From contig CAWIEK010000014.1 in assembly GCA_963835065.1 (NCBI GenBank), positions 1 through 11,739 on the forward strand: 11,739 nucleotides of DNA, read 5' to 3'. The notes under the pieces were generated by a model. That model saw nothing but the letters and a program-made list of their open reading frames with translations, was not told where the DNA came from and searched no databases. Shown here piece by piece: positions 10,412 through 11,739 of this stretch (its first letter is position 1; every line of letters begins with the position of its first letter). A program made the translations under genes and the position numbers. This DNA comes from an uncultured Chthonomonadaceae bacterium. Its GTDB lineage: Bacteria > Armatimonadota > Chthonomonadetes > Chthonomonadales > Chthonomonadaceae.

Positions 10412-10651
10412 GTGGCCGATAACTCTGATGATTTTGAGAGCGACTGTAAATACTGCGGCAAGCCGCTAACCTGCATTCATATTGAACAGCAAGATTATTA
10501 CGGATGCGAGCATGTTAGATGGAAGTCATGCGAAGAATGTTGGGACGAACAATATAGTGATAAAGAGTACGTCCAGCAGAAGCGAAAGGACAAGGCAAAA
10601 CAAGAAAACCTCCGCGATTTGAAAACTTTGCCTGCCGAAATTGCTGCTTGA
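10412..10651 (+). CDS. Small Cys-rich, putative zinc-binding protein (79 aa)
   Basis: CKYC, CIH, CEH and CEEC motifs; RBS AAGGAAGG at 10396-10403; upstream TATAAT. Confidence 0.6.
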   Translation: MADNSDDFESDCKYCGKPLTCIHIEQQDYYGCEHVRWKSCEECWDEQYSDKEYVQQKRKDKAKQENLRDLKTLPAEIAA

Positions 10652-10763
10652 AATTCCTGGGTGACACGCAAACGTTGCTGTAGTTCTGCGTGTCAAGCCC
10701 ACGTTTCATGAAGCAACGTAGTACCTCCTGCGCTTCTCGCCTGCCGCAATAGAGAGATTCACT

Positions 10764-11381
10764 ATGGCTTCTGCCTACACATATATACAAGATGCCGAGC
10801 GCCTGAACAACTTCCAACCTGTTGATACGCCGCCGCAGTCGGAGCTACAAGCGGCTCTGCGTGTTCTGGCACACAGTCCTGTATCCGGCTACCTTCCCTT
10901 TTCTTCTGAGGAAGTAGAGACTGTCGGCAAGTACCGTGAACTACTCGCGCCGCGCCGACTTACGCACCGAGCAGATGATTTTTGGAACGCTATTGTCAAT
11001 GGTGAGTGGTACGCTTGGTTGGTCGCTGTCCATGAGGCTGCCGAAATAGACGCCCTGACACGCTTCGGCATCAATCCTTTCGATTCGCGCCAGTTCAACG
11101 CCTTTAACACTTTCAGCAACCCCGATTTCACTGCTGCGCATGTGGAAACCTCCCTGATTGAGCTACAATACATACAGGATTGGGCAAAGCAATTGCAGTA
11201 CGCCACCTCCCTTGTCGCTATCGCCATGCAGCACCCAATCAACAGGTCTTTGAACCCAACTTATCAGCAGTTCGTCAAAACATTACAGACACGAGAAGGA
11301 TGGCCTGATCCAACACAAGAAGAACTGGATGCTGCCATTGAAGTTTGGAATGTTGTTCGCAGGAGGCAAATCGTACCATGA
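10764..11381 (+). CDS. Hypothetical 205-aa protein with a HExxE...H putative metal-binding motif
   Basis: Long ORF with ordinary globular composition; LVAVHEAAE and downstream AAHVETSLIE. Confidence 0.7.
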   Translation: MASAYTYIQDAERLNNFQPVDTPPQSELQAALRVLAHSPVSGYLPFSSEEVETVGKYRELLAPRRLTHRADDFWNAIVNGEWYAWLVAVHEAAEIDALTRFGINPFDSRQFNAFNTFSNPDFTAAHVETSLIELQYIQDWAKQLQYATSLVAIAMQHPINRSLNPTYQQFVKTLQTREGWPDPTQEELDAAIEVWNVVRRRQIVP

Positions 11382-11739
11382 AAACCCGCTTATTATTTAC
11401 GATACCGTCCAGTGGTTTACCCGAAGGAACGCCCCCGCCTCCTGTGCCGACCGTGATTGCCGAAGGCGAGAGCGTCGTTTTGTTCTCAACCGGCGTTTCC
11501 CGGCAGTTGGAATACTGCAACTTAGAAGAAATCACCACGCGAAGTATCCGCGAAGCACTGCATCTTGGTTCGGATACATTCGTGTACATTCCGCCTGCCC
11601 GCGAAGTACCGCAAGGCATAGACATCTATTCCTGGGATTTTGCCGTGTGGCGGCAGCAGTGGTGGACGGAAACGTTATGTGAGGTTGTCAAGCAAGGGTT
11701 GGTTCCCATTGCGGCAAGAGAACTAATTGGTACAGCGTA
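11378..11739 (+). CDS. Hypothetical protein of at least 120 aa, open to the window edge (MKTRLLFTIPSSGLPEGTPPPPVPTV...ARELIGTA); not in the ORF track
   Basis: ATGA overlap with the upstream stop, AGGAGG at 11361-11366, and no stop in 120 codons. The final TA may begin a stop codon. Confidence 0.7.
   Translation, partial: MKTRLLFTIPSSGLPEGTPPPPVPTVIAEGESVVLFSTGVSRQLEYCNLEEITTRSIREALHLGSDTFVYIPPAREVPQGIDIYSWDFAVWRQQWWTETLCEVVKQGLVPIAARELIGTA

Noticed and set aside
11329..11682. 117-aa plus-strand ORF in the track
   Set aside because: The frame starting at 11378 has an AGGAGG RBS, ATGA coupling and more protein-like composition.

Overview
Bacterial window with a GC-rich core and more AT-rich accessory stretches. 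Minus strand, left part: a cNMP-binding + DUF1003 membrane protein gene, a large DUF3160 gene and a coupled 78-aa ORF, ending at a strong hairpin. The first two are split in the ORF track by single-base frameshifts. Plus strand from about 4308: a GNAT-fold acetyltransferase coupled to a small acidic protein that runs into an orphan ~270-bp internal fragment of ahcY (SAH hydrolase). Next come a bidirectional terminator and a convergent small ORF. A sigma70 promoter then precedes a nucleoside/simple-sugar ABC transporter (ATPase with a frameshift and in-frame heptamer repeats, plus two permeases; no binding-protein gene in the window). The last 60 bp of permease 2 recur 419 bp downstream with 8 substitutions, all synonymous, which suggests 3'-end replacement during DNA acquisition. 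Accessory ORFs follow: a small Cys-rich protein, an HExxE-motif protein and a coupled partner that runs off the window. Four single-base indels in otherwise intact genes point to sequencing or assembly error rather than true pseudogenes. Family calls are from motif recognition only; no database searches were run.
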